This document shows positions 27,085-39,900 of a DNA stretch of 64,000 nucleotides, piece after piece. The notes under the pieces are model-generated. The model saw nothing but the letters and a program-made list of their open reading frames with translations, did not search any database and was not told the origin of the DNA. A program made the position numbers and the translations under genes. The stretch covers positions 34,498 to 98,497 of the IMG/VR virus record IMGVR_UViG_3300012954_000010; one strand, written 5' to 3'. The DNA comes from a virus. How positions within the stretch are numbered: the stretch's first letter is position 1; every line of letters starts with the position of its first letter.

Positions 27085-30000
27085 TTAGAACGCTTTGATT
27101 AGATACTTACATAATCTATATGGTGTAACCAGAGGAATATCAAAGTCAGGGTCAATTGATGCTACTGGTTCTACCTTCGTAGTTGACTTGAGTGTTAGTC
27201 TAGCATCAGTTGCTCCAAGACCAGAACTATATGTAATTCCTGGTCCAGTCTCACCTTGTACAACATATTTTAGAGAGTCAACTGCTGGTTTGGATATAGC
27301 ACCCGCACTTGGAACGAATACCAATTCAGTTACCTTCTCTCTCCAGTAGATAAACTCAGCAATACCATAATGGTCTGTGTTACCATCATTATCATTTGCA
27401 CCACTAGCATTTCCTCTAGGTTGCTCAACTTTGAATTTAGTGTTATTCTGTCTCGCTGCCTGTGGAACTGCAACTGAATATGTATACCACTTAGTATCTC
27501 CAGCTGCTCCATCCCATGATTGAGAGATGCTAGGAACATCACCGATGATAGGATCAGTTCTAGTAGCATTTGGATTGATGATAGTATCAATCAGTGTCCA
27601 TCCAGTAGATCCTTCTAGTTGATAATAGACACGCAATGTCTCTTCTGGTTGGTTACCACCGTTGACACCATTTCCTCTACATGCTTTGATAGAGAAGTAA
27701 TGAACATTTGTCGTATCTACAGGCACCAACTCAACAAATCTGGTCTTGGTTGTTTGACCATTTTGCCCACCAAACAGTAAGTAGCGAACATATTTTGCTG
27801 AAGTATTTGGTCCCAGAGTGATATCAGAAACCGTACCAGATGCAGAGTCAACATTTGCAGTCACAACAGTACCACCAGCAGCACCATTCATAACATAAAC
27901 ATATGGTGTCTCAGTATATCCACCACCAGCATTACCTAGTGTCACTGCTGTTACCTTTTGATTAGCAATAGTTGCTGTTGCAGTTGCACCAGATCCACCA
28001 CCACCAACGATGTATACGCTTGGAGTTGCAGTTGGTAGTTTGAAACTACCATCATTGCCAGTTCCTGTGCCATCACTGTAAATGTTAACATCCCAGTCAT
28101 CTGCGGTAGCACTACCAGCAGTAACAACATCACCCTGAGATACTGTGAGGTTACCACCAACATATCCAGTAATAACACCGAGTGCTACTTTCACATAACC
28201 GTTAGCACCACTAGCAGTGGATCCACTACTGGATCCAGATGCAGACTTACCAGCACCACCAGAACCAACAGTAACTGTAGCGCCAGCTGGATTTCCTAGG
28301 TCTGCCCATGAGACATTACCATTCCAGTATGCACCACCGCCACCGCCACCTCCACCAGGAGTCCAGTAATCATTATTATATTGAACAACCAGTCTTACTT
28401 TACCATTTGTTCTACCAGAGTTGGAGAGTGAACCATTTTGGAAGTAGTCTGATCTATAAGAGGAGACACCAGTCTGTCCTCCACCACCACCACCGTGACC
28501 ACCGTCACCAGCAGGACCACCACCAGGACCAGCGGATCCACCACCGTTACCGTTACCACCAAAGGTGAGACCGTTACGAGCGCAGCCACCGCCGCCGCCT
28601 CCACCGCCGCCACCGATACATCCGTAACGTCCACCGACACCACCTGCACCAGAACCGAGAGCACTAGTCGTAGCTTGCAAACCTGCGGGAGGTCCACTAC
28701 CATTGACACCAGCGCCATTATCATATCCAGTAGCACCAGCGCCGCCGCCACCACCTGCTCCAGCAACAATTTGAGATCCTCTCTTCAATAGAGTTGATGC
28801 TCCACCAGAACCGCCATCAGCATCATTATGTCCTTCTCCACCGTTGCCACCTCTACCAGAGTGTGATGCAGTACCACCACTTGGAGGACTATTACTAGTG
28901 TTACCATCACCACCAGCGTATCCAATTTCACAAGACCACGCTTGCTGTGTAAATGTACCTAATTGATTAGATTTTACTTCAACATAAACTCTTGCTGATG
29001 GGTGTCCAGTATAACCACCACGAGCTCCACCACCTTTACCACCATGAACATAAAATACAGCGGATGATGGATTAGCAACACCTGCTAGGTTAAATGTTCC
29101 ATTAGATTCTAATGTCTGGTCATATGTACCACTCTGTCCACCAACTTCCACATTGACTCCAGCAGTTCCTGATCCATATGGAGGTAAACCAAACACACCA
29201 GCAGAACCACCATTGTTAGGATTGTTTGGATAATCTACCTTTGGAAAACCATTTCCTGACACACCATTGCCGCCATCGCCGCCATCAAATCCATCAGCAC
29301 CACCAGTGCCTTCACTACCATATGATGATTTAGTTCCACCAGCTCCACCATTACCGCCTTGTAGACCTGAAGAACCTGATCCTCCGCCGCCACCTCTTGC
29401 TAGTAGGTTGATCTCATTACCATTACCAATTACAAGAGAACTATTTGTACCTGAAGATCCAGAAATTGTACCAGCAGCGCCCGATCCACCACCACCAACT
29501 ACGACATACTGTAGAGTCTCTGGATTACCTGTAACAGAAGAAAAATCAATATTGTAACTACCAGGACTTGAATATGTCCATTCATTTGAATAATCATATA
29601 CAGGCGTACCACCAGTGACTACATTTCTACCACCAATAGTGGATGTAGATTGGAATCTAAGGAATGTAGGATCTGGAATATATGTCTGGAATTCATACGA
29701 TCCAGCACCATTTGCACCAGAAGCAAGATAGTATTGTTCATCTTCAGGTACTGTTGGGTCTTTAATACTACCGTTACCACCTGCACCACCTTGAAAATCT
29801 AAAACATCATATGTTGCGACAGTATTATCTGTATTCGCAACTCTCAGTAGACCATGCTTGTGTGTGAATACTGTTCCTGTTGTTGGATACCATCTAGCAA
29901 TTCTACCAGAACCAGCACGATAATCTACAAGATATCTGTCACCACTACCTTCTTTGATCCACTCTTCTGTTCCAGGAACACTATGATATACTGTGTGATT

Positions 30001-30894
30001 ATGTTGTGGAGCACCACGCAGTTTTGTCTCTCTCATGCTGACCTCAACGGTCTGCGATCCAATAATAGAACAACCAGTAGTCTCAACTACTTGATCATAT
30101 CCAGTAGTAGTAATTCTTCCCAGTGAGAAGTAATCATCTTGAGATTCTTGTGCAAAGTACCATTGCCCACCTTTAGTTCCTACACCAAGAGAACTGTTGC
30201 CAACATTAGGAGAGTTGTTACCGAATACAGAACTGTTACCAACAATCTTTCTTGCTTTTGTATCTGGCACTCTAAATGTGCCCATGTATGGATCACCCCA
30301 CCACTCCATCACATTTGCAGTTGATATGGGTGTGATCTCACCATTTGGACCAATTCTTACTACAGCAGTAGCACCTGTTCCACCACCACCAGTGATAGTT
30401 ACATTAGGAGGATTTTGTGGATCATATCCTTGTCCAGCATTAACTACTTGAATGCGTGTAACAATTTGATTGACACTATCAATTTCAATACTAGCAGTTG
30501 CTTGAACACCACCAGATAATGCTGGAGGATCGATATCAATTGATGGTAGTGCGGTATATCCAGACCCACCATTTGTTACATCGATTCCAGTGCTAGATCT
30601 ACCACCATATCTGTTTCCAATAATTTCAAATAGTGCAGGATACTCAGCAATATCGTACTGCCCTCCATCACAATAAAGATATCCTTCATGTGTATAAGCT
30701 GGATCATCACCCTGTATGTACGCATTACCTGCTCTTTCTGACAAGTTAGGGTAGGCAGTTGCAGAACTGACATAATTATGGTCAAATGTATTGTCTGTTG
30801 ACTTAAGATTAGGTACAATAGATCCAATTGGTGTAGTATCCACCAACATATCGGTCAGGAATCCCTGTCTAGCGTTTCTATAACTTTGAGACAT
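27085..30894 (-). CDS. Glycine-rich tail fibre with tail-collar domain
   Basis: PIGSI...GYLYCDG..Y....YPALFEIIG..YGG collar motif; Gly-rich repeats; terminal YLIKAF. Confidence 0.85.
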   Translation of the reverse strand: MSQSYRNARQGFLTDMLVDTTPIGSIVPNLKSTDNTFDHNYVSSATAYPNLSERAGNAYIQGDDPAYTHEGYLYCDGGQYDIAEYPALFEIIGNRYGGRSSTGIDVTNGGSGYTALPSIDIDPPALSGGVQATASIEIDSVNQIVTRIQVVNAGQGYDPQNPPNVTITGGGGTGATAVVRIGPNGEITPISTANVMEWWGDPYMGTFRVPDTKARKIVGNSSVFGNNSPNVGNSSLGVGTKGGQWYFAQESQDDYFSLGRITTTGYDQVVETTGCSIIGSQTVEVSMRETKLRGAPQHNHTVYHSVPGTEEWIKEGSGDRYLVDYRAGSGRIARWYPTTGTVFTHKHGLLRVANTDNTVATYDVLDFQGGAGGNGSIKDPTVPEDEQYYLASGANGAGSYEFQTYIPDPTFLRFQSTSTIGGRNVVTGGTPVYDYSNEWTYSSPGSYNIDFSSVTGNPETLQYVVVGGGGSGAAGTISGSSGTNSSLVIGNGNEINLLARGGGGGSGSSGLQGGNGGAGGTKSSYGSEGTGGADGFDGGDGGNGVSGNGFPKVDYPNNPNNGGSAGVFGLPPYGSGTAGVNVEVGGQSGTYDQTLESNGTFNLAGVANPSSAVFYVHGGKGGGARGGYTGHPSARVYVEVKSNQLGTFTQQAWSCEIGYAGGDGNTSNSPPSGGTASHSGRGGNGGEGHNDADGGSGGASTLLKRGSQIVAGAGGGGGAGATGYDNGAGVNGSGPPAGLQATTSALGSGAGGVGGRYGCIGGGGGGGGGGCARNGLTFGGNGNGGGSAGPGGGPAGDGGHGGGGGGQTGVSSYRSDYFQNGSLSNSGRTNGKVRLVVQYNNDYWTPGGGGGGGGAYWNGNVSWADLGNPAGATVTVGSGGAGKSASGSSSGSTASGANGYVKVALGVITGYVGGNLTVSQGDVVTAGSATADDWDVNIYSDGTGTGNDGSFKLPTATPSVYIVGGGGSGATATATIANQKVTAVTLGNAGGGYTETPYVYVMNGAAGGTVVTANVDSASGTVSDITLGPNTSAKYVRYLLFGGQNGQTTKTRFVELVPVDTTNVHYFSIKACRGNGVNGGNQPEETLRVYYQLEGSTGWTLIDTIINPNATRTDPIIGDVPSISQSWDGAAGDTKWYTYSVAVPQAARQNNTKFKVEQPRGNASGANDNDGNTDHYGIAEFIYWREKVTELVFVPSAGAISKPAVDSLKYVVQGETGPGITYSSGLGATDARLTLKSTTKVEPVASIDPDFDIPLVTPYRLCKYLIKAF

Positions 30895-30899
30895 TACTA

Positions 30900-32282
30900 T
30901 TAGATCTTAATTAGATATTCCATAACAATAAATGGAGCACAAGCAGAATCAACTGATACTGATGGATCTGTGCCAATTTGCATTGTTGTCACCAAGTTTT
31001 CTGGTGGTACAACAATAGCTTGAGTCTTAACTTTATAGTTATGATCTCCTCTATCTAGGTCAACTCTGTGATTATGATTAGTGGGATCATCCCCTGGTGT
31101 GATTGACAAGTCAATTGTATCTGTTGTAACTTGATCAACATCAACAATTGCAGTTCCAGATTTATGCTCTTGGTTAGACTGAAGTGGTACAACATCATGC
31201 AAACTGTTACCATCTACATCCAATGGAACTCCAGGATATCCCTGTTCATATGTGATAGGAACCTGCACTGTATGTGATGCATCATCACCACTACCAACAC
31301 GAGCACAAGCACCAAACAGTCCTTCTACGTTTTTATATCTAACAGTTTCTACACCATCAGGAGAACCTTCTAGTTCAGCACCATCTAGATCGTATTCATC
31401 ATTACTGATACAACCAAAGAAGTATGAAGATTCACCCGCACCAAAAATACATCCACCCCAATAGATGGTTTCCTGCAAACCACCAAACTGAGATGATGTA
31501 GGACCACCACCATCACCAGGACTCCACTTATCAATTGCTTTACATGGTTCTTGAGCACTTCCTGGTGGTTGATTTGAATCACCATTATATCTGGTTGCAT
31601 CTAACCAATCTTGAATTGCAATTGTAGATGCATTTCTCTTACCAGTTCTACCTTCTGCTCTAGGTGCAGCAGAACTAGTCTCTGATGTTGTCATATTTCT
31701 AGCTCTTACAGCACCATGAAAGTGTGCGTGTGGGTGAATTGCTGTTTCTTCAACACCCTCAATATCAGTATAGTGAGAAGCACCAGCATATACCCATCCT
31801 GGTCTACCTCTGATTGCAATTTCTTGACTGGGAACAGTAATTGATCCAGAATATGTAATTCTTACATTCTCACCAATAGCAGAAACTACCTCAATACCAA
31901 TACCAGATCTACTGATCTCATTACCCAAGGCATTAGTTACTCTAGCATTATTATATACACCAGCGTTAGCACCAGATGTAGGTTCAGGATATTTAGATCC
32001 TAGGTCAGGAACCATGAATTGATTCTCTGTTAAGGTATCAAATAAAGTACCATCAAGATTTCTTCTGGCAAACTTACATCCATCACCAACACCAAGAATT
32101 GATGCTAGTTGAGGATAGTCTTCTGCAAAGTATTTTGTGCCATCACATTTTAAATATCCAGCAGGAAGATTTCTTGCGTTTATTGCTTCCGTTGGGTCAC
32201 CACTGTATTCCATTGGCCAGATAATAATCTGACCTGTTAGATTACCATACTTTGATCTTTCTTTAGCGTAAAATGCAGGCAT
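30900..32282 (-). CDS. Tail-collar-domain fibre protein
   Basis: PAGYLKCDG...YPQLA...F.VPDL; ends YLIKI. Confidence 0.85.
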   Translation of the reverse strand: MPAFYAKERSKYGNLTGQIIIWPMEYSGDPTEAINARNLPAGYLKCDGTKYFAEDYPQLASILGVGDGCKFARRNLDGTLFDTLTENQFMVPDLGSKYPEPTSGANAGVYNNARVTNALGNEISRSGIGIEVVSAIGENVRITYSGSITVPSQEIAIRGRPGWVYAGASHYTDIEGVEETAIHPHAHFHGAVRARNMTTSETSSAAPRAEGRTGKRNASTIAIQDWLDATRYNGDSNQPPGSAQEPCKAIDKWSPGDGGGPTSSQFGGLQETIYWGGCIFGAGESSYFFGCISNDEYDLDGAELEGSPDGVETVRYKNVEGLFGACARVGSGDDASHTVQVPITYEQGYPGVPLDVDGNSLHDVVPLQSNQEHKSGTAIVDVDQVTTDTIDLSITPGDDPTNHNHRVDLDRGDHNYKVKTQAIVVPPENLVTTMQIGTDPSVSVDSACAPFIVMEYLIKI

Positions 32283-33973
32283 TAGTATGCTTTGATGATG
32301 AAAGTCATAGTGAGACTAGGTTGTGTAGTATCACATGTAATATTTAGAGCATTTTCAAGACTATCAGCGGTTAGTGACGATCCATCTGCATCAGCTGCAG
32401 TATGTGATGGAGGACTTGCCATTGATCCGATAGTTTGACTAATCTCAAAACTTCCGTGGTTATGTGATCTAAATGATTGCTCCGTTGGATCCTTACTTGT
32501 ACCTGCTAGGTTCAGTGACATTGGATATGAACCATGTCTAAATTGAACATCAACTGTTCCACCATTTTTTACAGGTAAGTTCAGTGTAATTTCATAAATT
32601 GGTGCTAGAACTGTACCAGTATTTTCAATCTGTTGAATTATAGTTCCTTCACGGAAAACATGATACTTATTATCAACAGATACCGCAGTGACATACATCA
32701 ATGGTACGATCTTGTCGTATTGATACCAGTTTTCGGAACCAACACTATACAATCTTCTAATATCTGTGCCAGCGGGAAGAGTGAATGAACTAGAATCTGA
32801 TGTAAGAGTAACACCAGACACAGAAAATACAGGTGCTAGTTCTGGATCATCTACTAGACCATCACCTCTCACTGCAGCTCCAGTGTCATATCCTAAGAAA
32901 TTTGGTCTTTGTCTTACCTGCATTGGTCTTGGGAAGTATCCAGTATGACATGGTTGCTGGTGAGTATCTACTGGTTCAGTATCAATAATTTGTTCTGTGT
33001 TTTGACGACCAAAAATAGTTTGTGTGTATGTTGTATTAACTGGACCAGTTCCGCCGTTAGCTTGTTCTCTATCAGTTGATGGCCAATTGGATGCACCTGC
33101 AGGAACATTACCCCAATAATTTTTTCCTGTGCTATCCTGAATGAACTCCATGAAATTATCACACCTTGGTAGTGTGTTTTCATGGAAACCATCACCATAC
33201 ATTGTCATACTCACAGCACCATTCTGCCATGATGTTGGTTCTGTTTCAGCATTCTGACAGGTGTTTGGACCCTCGGTTTGATTACAAAGACCAGTAGATG
33301 CTTCACCAGTCATCTCAATACCTCGGTCAGTCCTGAATACCATCGGACCAGAAGCATTTGGGTTAGCAGATCCAAGAGAATCACTATGACCATGTGATGG
33401 CATATGGTTGATTCCAAGTTTTCTGTTCAATGTATGAACAGTCTCTAAAAAGTCTGGAGCTGTTAGTGTAATATTATCAAACTTAAAATATAAATTACCA
33501 GCAAGGTTCAGTGTAAAATCAATATCACCAGATGCTTGATATGTACTATTAATTAACTGATCTTCACCGAAACCTGAGATCAAGTCACCCAGTTTACTTC
33601 CTTGTTCATCATATATCGCATTGGCAGGATCCTGCTGTCCCATTTGATAAGTAGGATCATCCAGATATTGTCTCTCAAGGTCAACCAGAACAGTTGCAGA
33701 CAACTGTGGTAGTCTGAATGTTGCTGTAGTTCCATAGTATGGAAACTCTGGATGATTACCACTAGCATCAGTCATGTCACCACCATAGGTGTCACCCAAA
33801 CTTGCTGCTAGCAATGGATAATCAGAAGCATTCAATGTCTGCCCAGTGCAAACAATCCAACCTTTAGGAATATTAGAGGCAAGGAATCCATTGCCTCCAT
33901 CCCCTCCCCAAGGCATGATGCTGCCAATTTTGGCAGACCTCATGGTTTTTAGAGAATCGTATCTTACTGTCAT
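32282..33973 (-). CDS. Tail-collar-domain fibre protein
   Basis: IGSIMPW...PKGWIVCTGQ...YPLLA...FRLP; ends FIIKAY. Confidence 0.85.
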   Translation of the reverse strand: MTVRYDSLKTMRSAKIGSIMPWGGDGGNGFLASNIPKGWIVCTGQTLNASDYPLLAASLGDTYGGDMTDASGNHPEFPYYGTTATFRLPQLSATVLVDLERQYLDDPTYQMGQQDPANAIYDEQGSKLGDLISGFGEDQLINSTYQASGDIDFTLNLAGNLYFKFDNITLTAPDFLETVHTLNRKLGINHMPSHGHSDSLGSANPNASGPMVFRTDRGIEMTGEASTGLCNQTEGPNTCQNAETEPTSWQNGAVSMTMYGDGFHENTLPRCDNFMEFIQDSTGKNYWGNVPAGASNWPSTDREQANGGTGPVNTTYTQTIFGRQNTEQIIDTEPVDTHQQPCHTGYFPRPMQVRQRPNFLGYDTGAAVRGDGLVDDPELAPVFSVSGVTLTSDSSSFTLPAGTDIRRLYSVGSENWYQYDKIVPLMYVTAVSVDNKYHVFREGTIIQQIENTGTVLAPIYEITLNLPVKNGGTVDVQFRHGSYPMSLNLAGTSKDPTEQSFRSHNHGSFEISQTIGSMASPPSHTAADADGSSLTADSLENALNITCDTTQPSLTMTFIIKAY

Positions 33974-33983
33974 TTGTTCTAAA

Positions 33984-36900
33984 TTAGAGTTCCATCAACC
34001 ACCAACCGCGTAGTGCAGGTGGAATAGTTCTAGCATTTGCAGATCCTTCGATGTCAACAGTACCAGCATATACAAGTCCGAAGGATGCATTTCTGGTTTG
34101 AACAACTAGTTCACCAGAATCCCAGGTAGTTGTCAGAGTTTGACCAGCACCAGCGCCAATCTTAGATCCAGTGCTGTCACCTTGGATAGGTGTAGCAATG
34201 TTATTGATCTTCTTCGCTCTGAGGATCAGACTCGTGTTATATGTCAGGTTACCACTGAGTTCAATGAATCTAATCATGTCACCAGTCTGTGCATTGTCTG
34301 GTAGATATAGAACCATGTTGCTTCCAGAAGAAGCATTAACCATATAGTTATTATTTACCTCAAGTGGGTTGTCTTGCTGCTGACCAATGCCAGTTGATGC
34401 ATCAAATGCAACATATGTGTGTCTTCTACCACCATTACCTGTCCAGTATTTCTCAATACCGAACGAATCGATAGCATTGTTCTGATAAATTCTGAAGTCT
34501 TTAGCACCTTCAGTTCCACCAACACCAGCAGATCCTAGGTTATCAATATGGAAGATGGATTGTGTTGCATCTTCATCTACCTTAAGTTGACCCTTCTGAT
34601 AGAATGTCTCACCCATCAAGACATTACCTTCTCTGTTAGTAACACGGAAGGATGTCTCAGTAGAGCAGATGCCATTCATCTGACAATCATCATAGAAGAT
34701 CTTGAGGTCACCATAGAATGTAGCAGCACCCTTGAGTGTCATGCCATTCGTGTTAGTTAATGGATCTTCAATCGATCCATCACCAGAGTGACCATCGTCA
34801 TTAGAGATAGACAGAACCAGAGTCTTACCATCAGAACCAAACATTCTGAGGACACCACTGTTGATAGTGAGGTCATCTTGAATTGTTACCTTACCACCAT
34901 TGTATAGTTCAACAATAGGAGTGGTGACAACATTAGGAACTCTGACACTCTTAGGTAGTTTGATAGCATAGAATACATCAAGAGAACCATCAACACTATC
35001 AGCGACAAAGAATTCTGTGCCGATTCTCATCATGGTGAAGTAATCTAGTTTTGGTGAAATTAGATCACCATCACGCAGAGTTAATTCTAGTCTTAGGTCA
35101 CTAGTGTTAGGTGTGCGTGCCTTGAGAGCAGTTGCACGATCTCCTTGAGTTGCAGGAACATCATGTAAGAGTGTTGTTGTTCTCTCATACTTCTCAAGTT
35201 TAACAACTTGAACACCAGCAGCGAAATTTTGTGCAGTTGTTCCTTCTACACCTCTACCACCATTTGGATATGCAGCATTGCTAGAAGTTGGTAGGAAGAA
35301 TAGACCACCAGCCTCATATGGATCATCAGTAACTTGAATAATTTCAATTTGAGATCCAGTGACATACATGGCAACTAAATCACCCTTCATGAAGGCATCT
35401 AGATTAGATGCAATCTGAATATTAGTTGTAGCAGCAACAATACTTGCTGGTAGAGTAGTAATAGGACCTGTTGTTAGTTCCGATTGAGGATCGAATCTGT
35501 AAACAGTACAAACATCAACATCAGCAGTGTATGCAGCAGGTGATGTGCCGAACGCTTCAGCGTTGAAGAATACAGTGGCGTGGGTGTTGCCAATCTTGGT
35601 ATCACCTGTGCATGTATCAACTTCAAATGTAGTGATAGGATTAGTAGCACCATTAGTAATGGTGAGTTTCTTATTTGTAGGAGAATTTGTGAATGGTGTG
35701 GTGCAGCTACCTTTGATTGTTAGAGAACCAGTTAGTTCCTGATCACCCTTAGATTTAACAGCACCTGTGGTAGAATCTACCTCATATACAGTCTCCTCAT
35801 TGTTGCTATCACAACCATTCTTGATCCTGAACTTCTTAGCTACCTGAGATAAGAGAGTCTTGACCTTGAATACTTCACCAATATCAAATACAGAGTTGTT
35901 TGCACTAGATTCTCTACCGATGATTACATAGTCACCGATAGCAATAGTGCCACCAAACTGTGCAAGATATACATTCTCATCATTACCCTGATCATCGATT
36001 GGTTGCTCAGTCCATGTAGCGTCAAACTGTACGATACACTTATAGATCGCAGTCCTATCTGGATGTGCGTTGCTGACAGCAGTGAAAGTACCAAATGGTT
36101 CTCTCTCAACAACGAGATAGTATGGAGCGGTGCTGATTCTAGGTAGAGAAACAACTCTCACAAATTCAACATTACTACCAACAGAAGTGGTAGTGTATCT
36201 CATATTAGTGATACCATAATGATCTACAGAATCACCACTAATCGCTTCCTGATAGAGTTGGAACACAACTCCACCAGTTTGAGCATTGACAGGCATGTCA
36301 AGACTCAATCTTGCATAGTTCTTGCTTTGATCAATCCACTGAACAAATGTTGGCCAGGTTGATGGATCAAAATCATCTAGATCTGTTGGACAGATAAATC
36401 CAGCAGAGGTGAATGATGCACCATCATCAGTGGAGTAACGAATCTGTAGACCTTCTTCTTGTCCAGCACCAGATCTATCTGGTACTTCACCACCATTGTT
36501 GTTATTACCAACATAAACATCAATTTCAATTCTGATGACAGGACCATTGTTGTTAATGAATGACGCATCAAGTGATTGGAAGTTAACAGATCTTGGACCA
36601 GTAGTTGTCTCCTGACTGTTTGTGAAGAACGCAAGATACTTCTGACCAGTGTTAAATCCACCACCGTTACCAGTTCCAGGTCCACTAAATGCAATTTCAA
36701 CACCACCCTCATATCCAGTGATGATGCCCTGTGGAGCATTACCATCAGTATAAGAACCGAATTCGGTTGTTACAGTAGCTGTATTTGCGGAGTCAGGAGA
36801 ATCTAGTAGTAGGATATCATTCTCTTGGAAGTATGGATTACCATTTGCATCCAGAGACTCTCTAAGAAGTGGTAGATAGTATTGGTTACCAGTTAGTGTT

Positions 36901-39900
36901 GGTAGATCCTGAGGTTCAATTGTTGGGTTACCACCAATATTAGTGATTTCCTGCTGATAGTTAGTGCCACCCCAGTTACCACTACCTGAAGTATCAATTT
37001 CATTGTACTGAGGATCGCCAGATACAAATCTATTAACATCAATCAGGTCAACATTACTGTTGAATAGATTGTTACCAAGGATACCAGTTGGGTGTGCAAT
37101 CTTAGTAGATCCTGCTTGTCCTCTACTTGCAACGAAGGAGTAGGATGCAAATCCACCACATAGAGTCATGTCAGCGTTGAATCTAGCAGAAGAATCAACA
37201 ACTAGATTGTTTCTAATTGTGGTGCTACCACCTTGACCACCAATAGTAATCTGAGATGCGTTAGTAGCAAAGTCAAGAACAGAGGTTGCACTGTTTCCTG
37301 CGAAGAACTCAACTGTTCCTGCAGTAGATGTCAATCTAACAGTATCAAGTAAACCTCTCTTATTACCTAACTGGAAGTCTCCATCAACCTTGAAGGACTT
37401 GGTAGCAATGTTAACAAACGATAGAGATTCGTTGTTATTATATGCACCACCAATGGTAATCTTAGAGATATTAGTACCAGTATGTGGAGTGTTACCAATC
37501 CAGATATTACTATGAAGTGAGGAGTTACCAAAGTATAGGAACTGATCAGACTGACTATCATTCAGCATTCTCAGAGTTGTACCCTGAGGAGCAATCCTTA
37601 GAGCGCCAGTGAATGTAGAATCAGGAATGATATCAAAGTTACCACTGGTGATGTCAGTTCTGATCTCAGCAGTGTTAGATCCACCGCCACCGTGGACTTC
37701 AATATCCTCTTGGAATCTAGCATCGCCAGTGAATCTAGACTCACCGTCAACAACTAGTGCTCTGTCTAGTTCAGCGTTAGTTACATTGATACCAACGCGA
37801 CCACCATTAGCAGTAGAAACACGGAATGTTGCTTCATTTACTGGTGTGTATGCATCACCACCGACCATAAGAGCGTCGGTACGATCTTCCTGAGTTCTGT
37901 TAGCAAATACACTGTGACTTGCATAGTCAGTTACTTTCTTACCAGAGATGAATGCTGTACCAACAACATCTAGGTTTGCACGAGGTGTAGTGTTAGAGTC
38001 GATGAAGTTAGTCTGATAAGAATCTCTCTCAGATCTAGCAACAGTGTTAACACCTAACTTATAGTCACCGATATTAGCAGTATTTGTTCTAATTGCTTCT
38101 GCACCTAGAACACCAAACTCTTTCCAGTTGGAGTTAGAGAACTCCATGGTGATGTTTGCATTTGCTGCAACTTCATCTGCCCAGAGTCGTGGGTTATCAC
38201 CCTGAACACTGTTCTTGACATTATTAATTGCAATCTGTACAGTATTTGCTGCACCACTGAATCCATTAGCGATGACCTGCCAAGTTCCATCAACCTGACT
38301 ATCTGTCATACCAAGAATTCTGATCTCAGATCCACTGGTAATACCAAGTAGATCATTAGTTAGAGATCCACCCCACTCAATAGTAACAATATTAGTATTG
38401 TTAAATGTTAGTGTGTAGATATTGGTATTGCCAATCTCGGTGAAGAAGTTAGCATAGATCCAACCCAAGGATCCACTCTGTCCAACAGACTCACCCTTGA
38501 GTAGCATGTCACCTGCAAGTGGAGCACCAGCAGAACCATACTGTACGATCTGAGAAGCATTGAATGCTCCATACTGATCAGGTGTGATGTTAGATGGAGA
38601 TGTGCCAACAATATGAGTTTGAATCTTATATGGTTGACCGTCTCTGCGACTATTGAACTGGAAAATTGCAGCGGAAATTTTATTTCGTGCAATGACAATA
38701 TCGCCTTCGGTTTCCTGATTTCTAAGGAAAGCATTTCTATCCAGAGATCCATCATCAACAGCAGGATCAACGAAGGAGGAGATAGTTAGTGCTGCCTCTC
38801 TTACAGTGCCAAGAACATTGATGAGAACTGGGGAGTTAAATGTACTACGACGATCCTGTGCTTCACCACCGTTAACAGTGATGTATTCGTTGAATGTAAC
38901 AGGTGTATCGAATGTAGTAACGAGGTTGCCTAGTGTCTCGTCATCATCAGCAGAATCCTGAAGTGTTGCAGACTCTAGGAACTCTTCTTCACCAGTGATA
39001 GCGTCAATCTTACGGTTACCAATGTATAGGTCACCATTAGAGTTCAAACCAGTGTAGAATACAAGACCACCGTCTTGCTTCTTAGATTGTGCGTAGAAGT
39101 CTTGAGTTGCTGTGAGTACAACTTCCTGACGAGCAGGTAGACCAGTTGAATAGTTACCAGGACCGAAACCTAGGTATTCAAAGGTATGGTTACCAGCACG
39201 AGCGATAGATGGACGACGAAGTTCAACATAGTAACGCTGATCACTCATGACCGTGCTGTCACCAGCAATAGGAATCTTACGATCCTCAGATCCAGATGCA
39301 GCATTACCTGATTGTGCAATCAGTCTGTTATCAACAGTAGAGCTGACTTGAGTATAAGAATTATTCTTAAGCGCAGGTGTTGCTAGGAGGTCAATCATTG
39401 CCTCCTTAGTCATCGATCCCTTGAAGTCGTTAACTCTTACAAGACCGTGTACATAGTTGTCTGCAGCAGAGTATGTTGCAGGTGGATCAACCAATGTAGC
39501 ATCCAGTTTCTGATACCAGAGAGGATCGTTCTTGTAGTTAAGTGGATATAGTTTGCTGATAGGCTGAGAGAACTTGAAGTTCCTAAAGTTGCCTAGGTTA
39601 CCAGCACCCTGTGGGAATGGTGAGATGTTACCACGAACAGCAGTTAGATAGTAGATACCATCTTGCTGTCCAAAGATACGGCGTTGTACCTCTTCAACAT
39701 CAAAGATGTAGAATGTATCATCAATAACACCAGTGTCAGTAACAGACTCGATGTAGTATTGGATACCAGCATCGTCTTCGATGATATCACCAGGAGTTAC
39801 AGTGTAAACTGGTGCTCCATTCTGTCTGTAGTAGAATTCTGGATAGTTCTTACGGATTAGTTCCTTAATAACGAGAGACTTACCAAAGTCAGGGTCTGCA

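Noticed and set aside
28200-29500. CCA/CCG triplet runs as a DNA repeat element
   Set aside because: They encode the glycine-rich region of the tail fibre.
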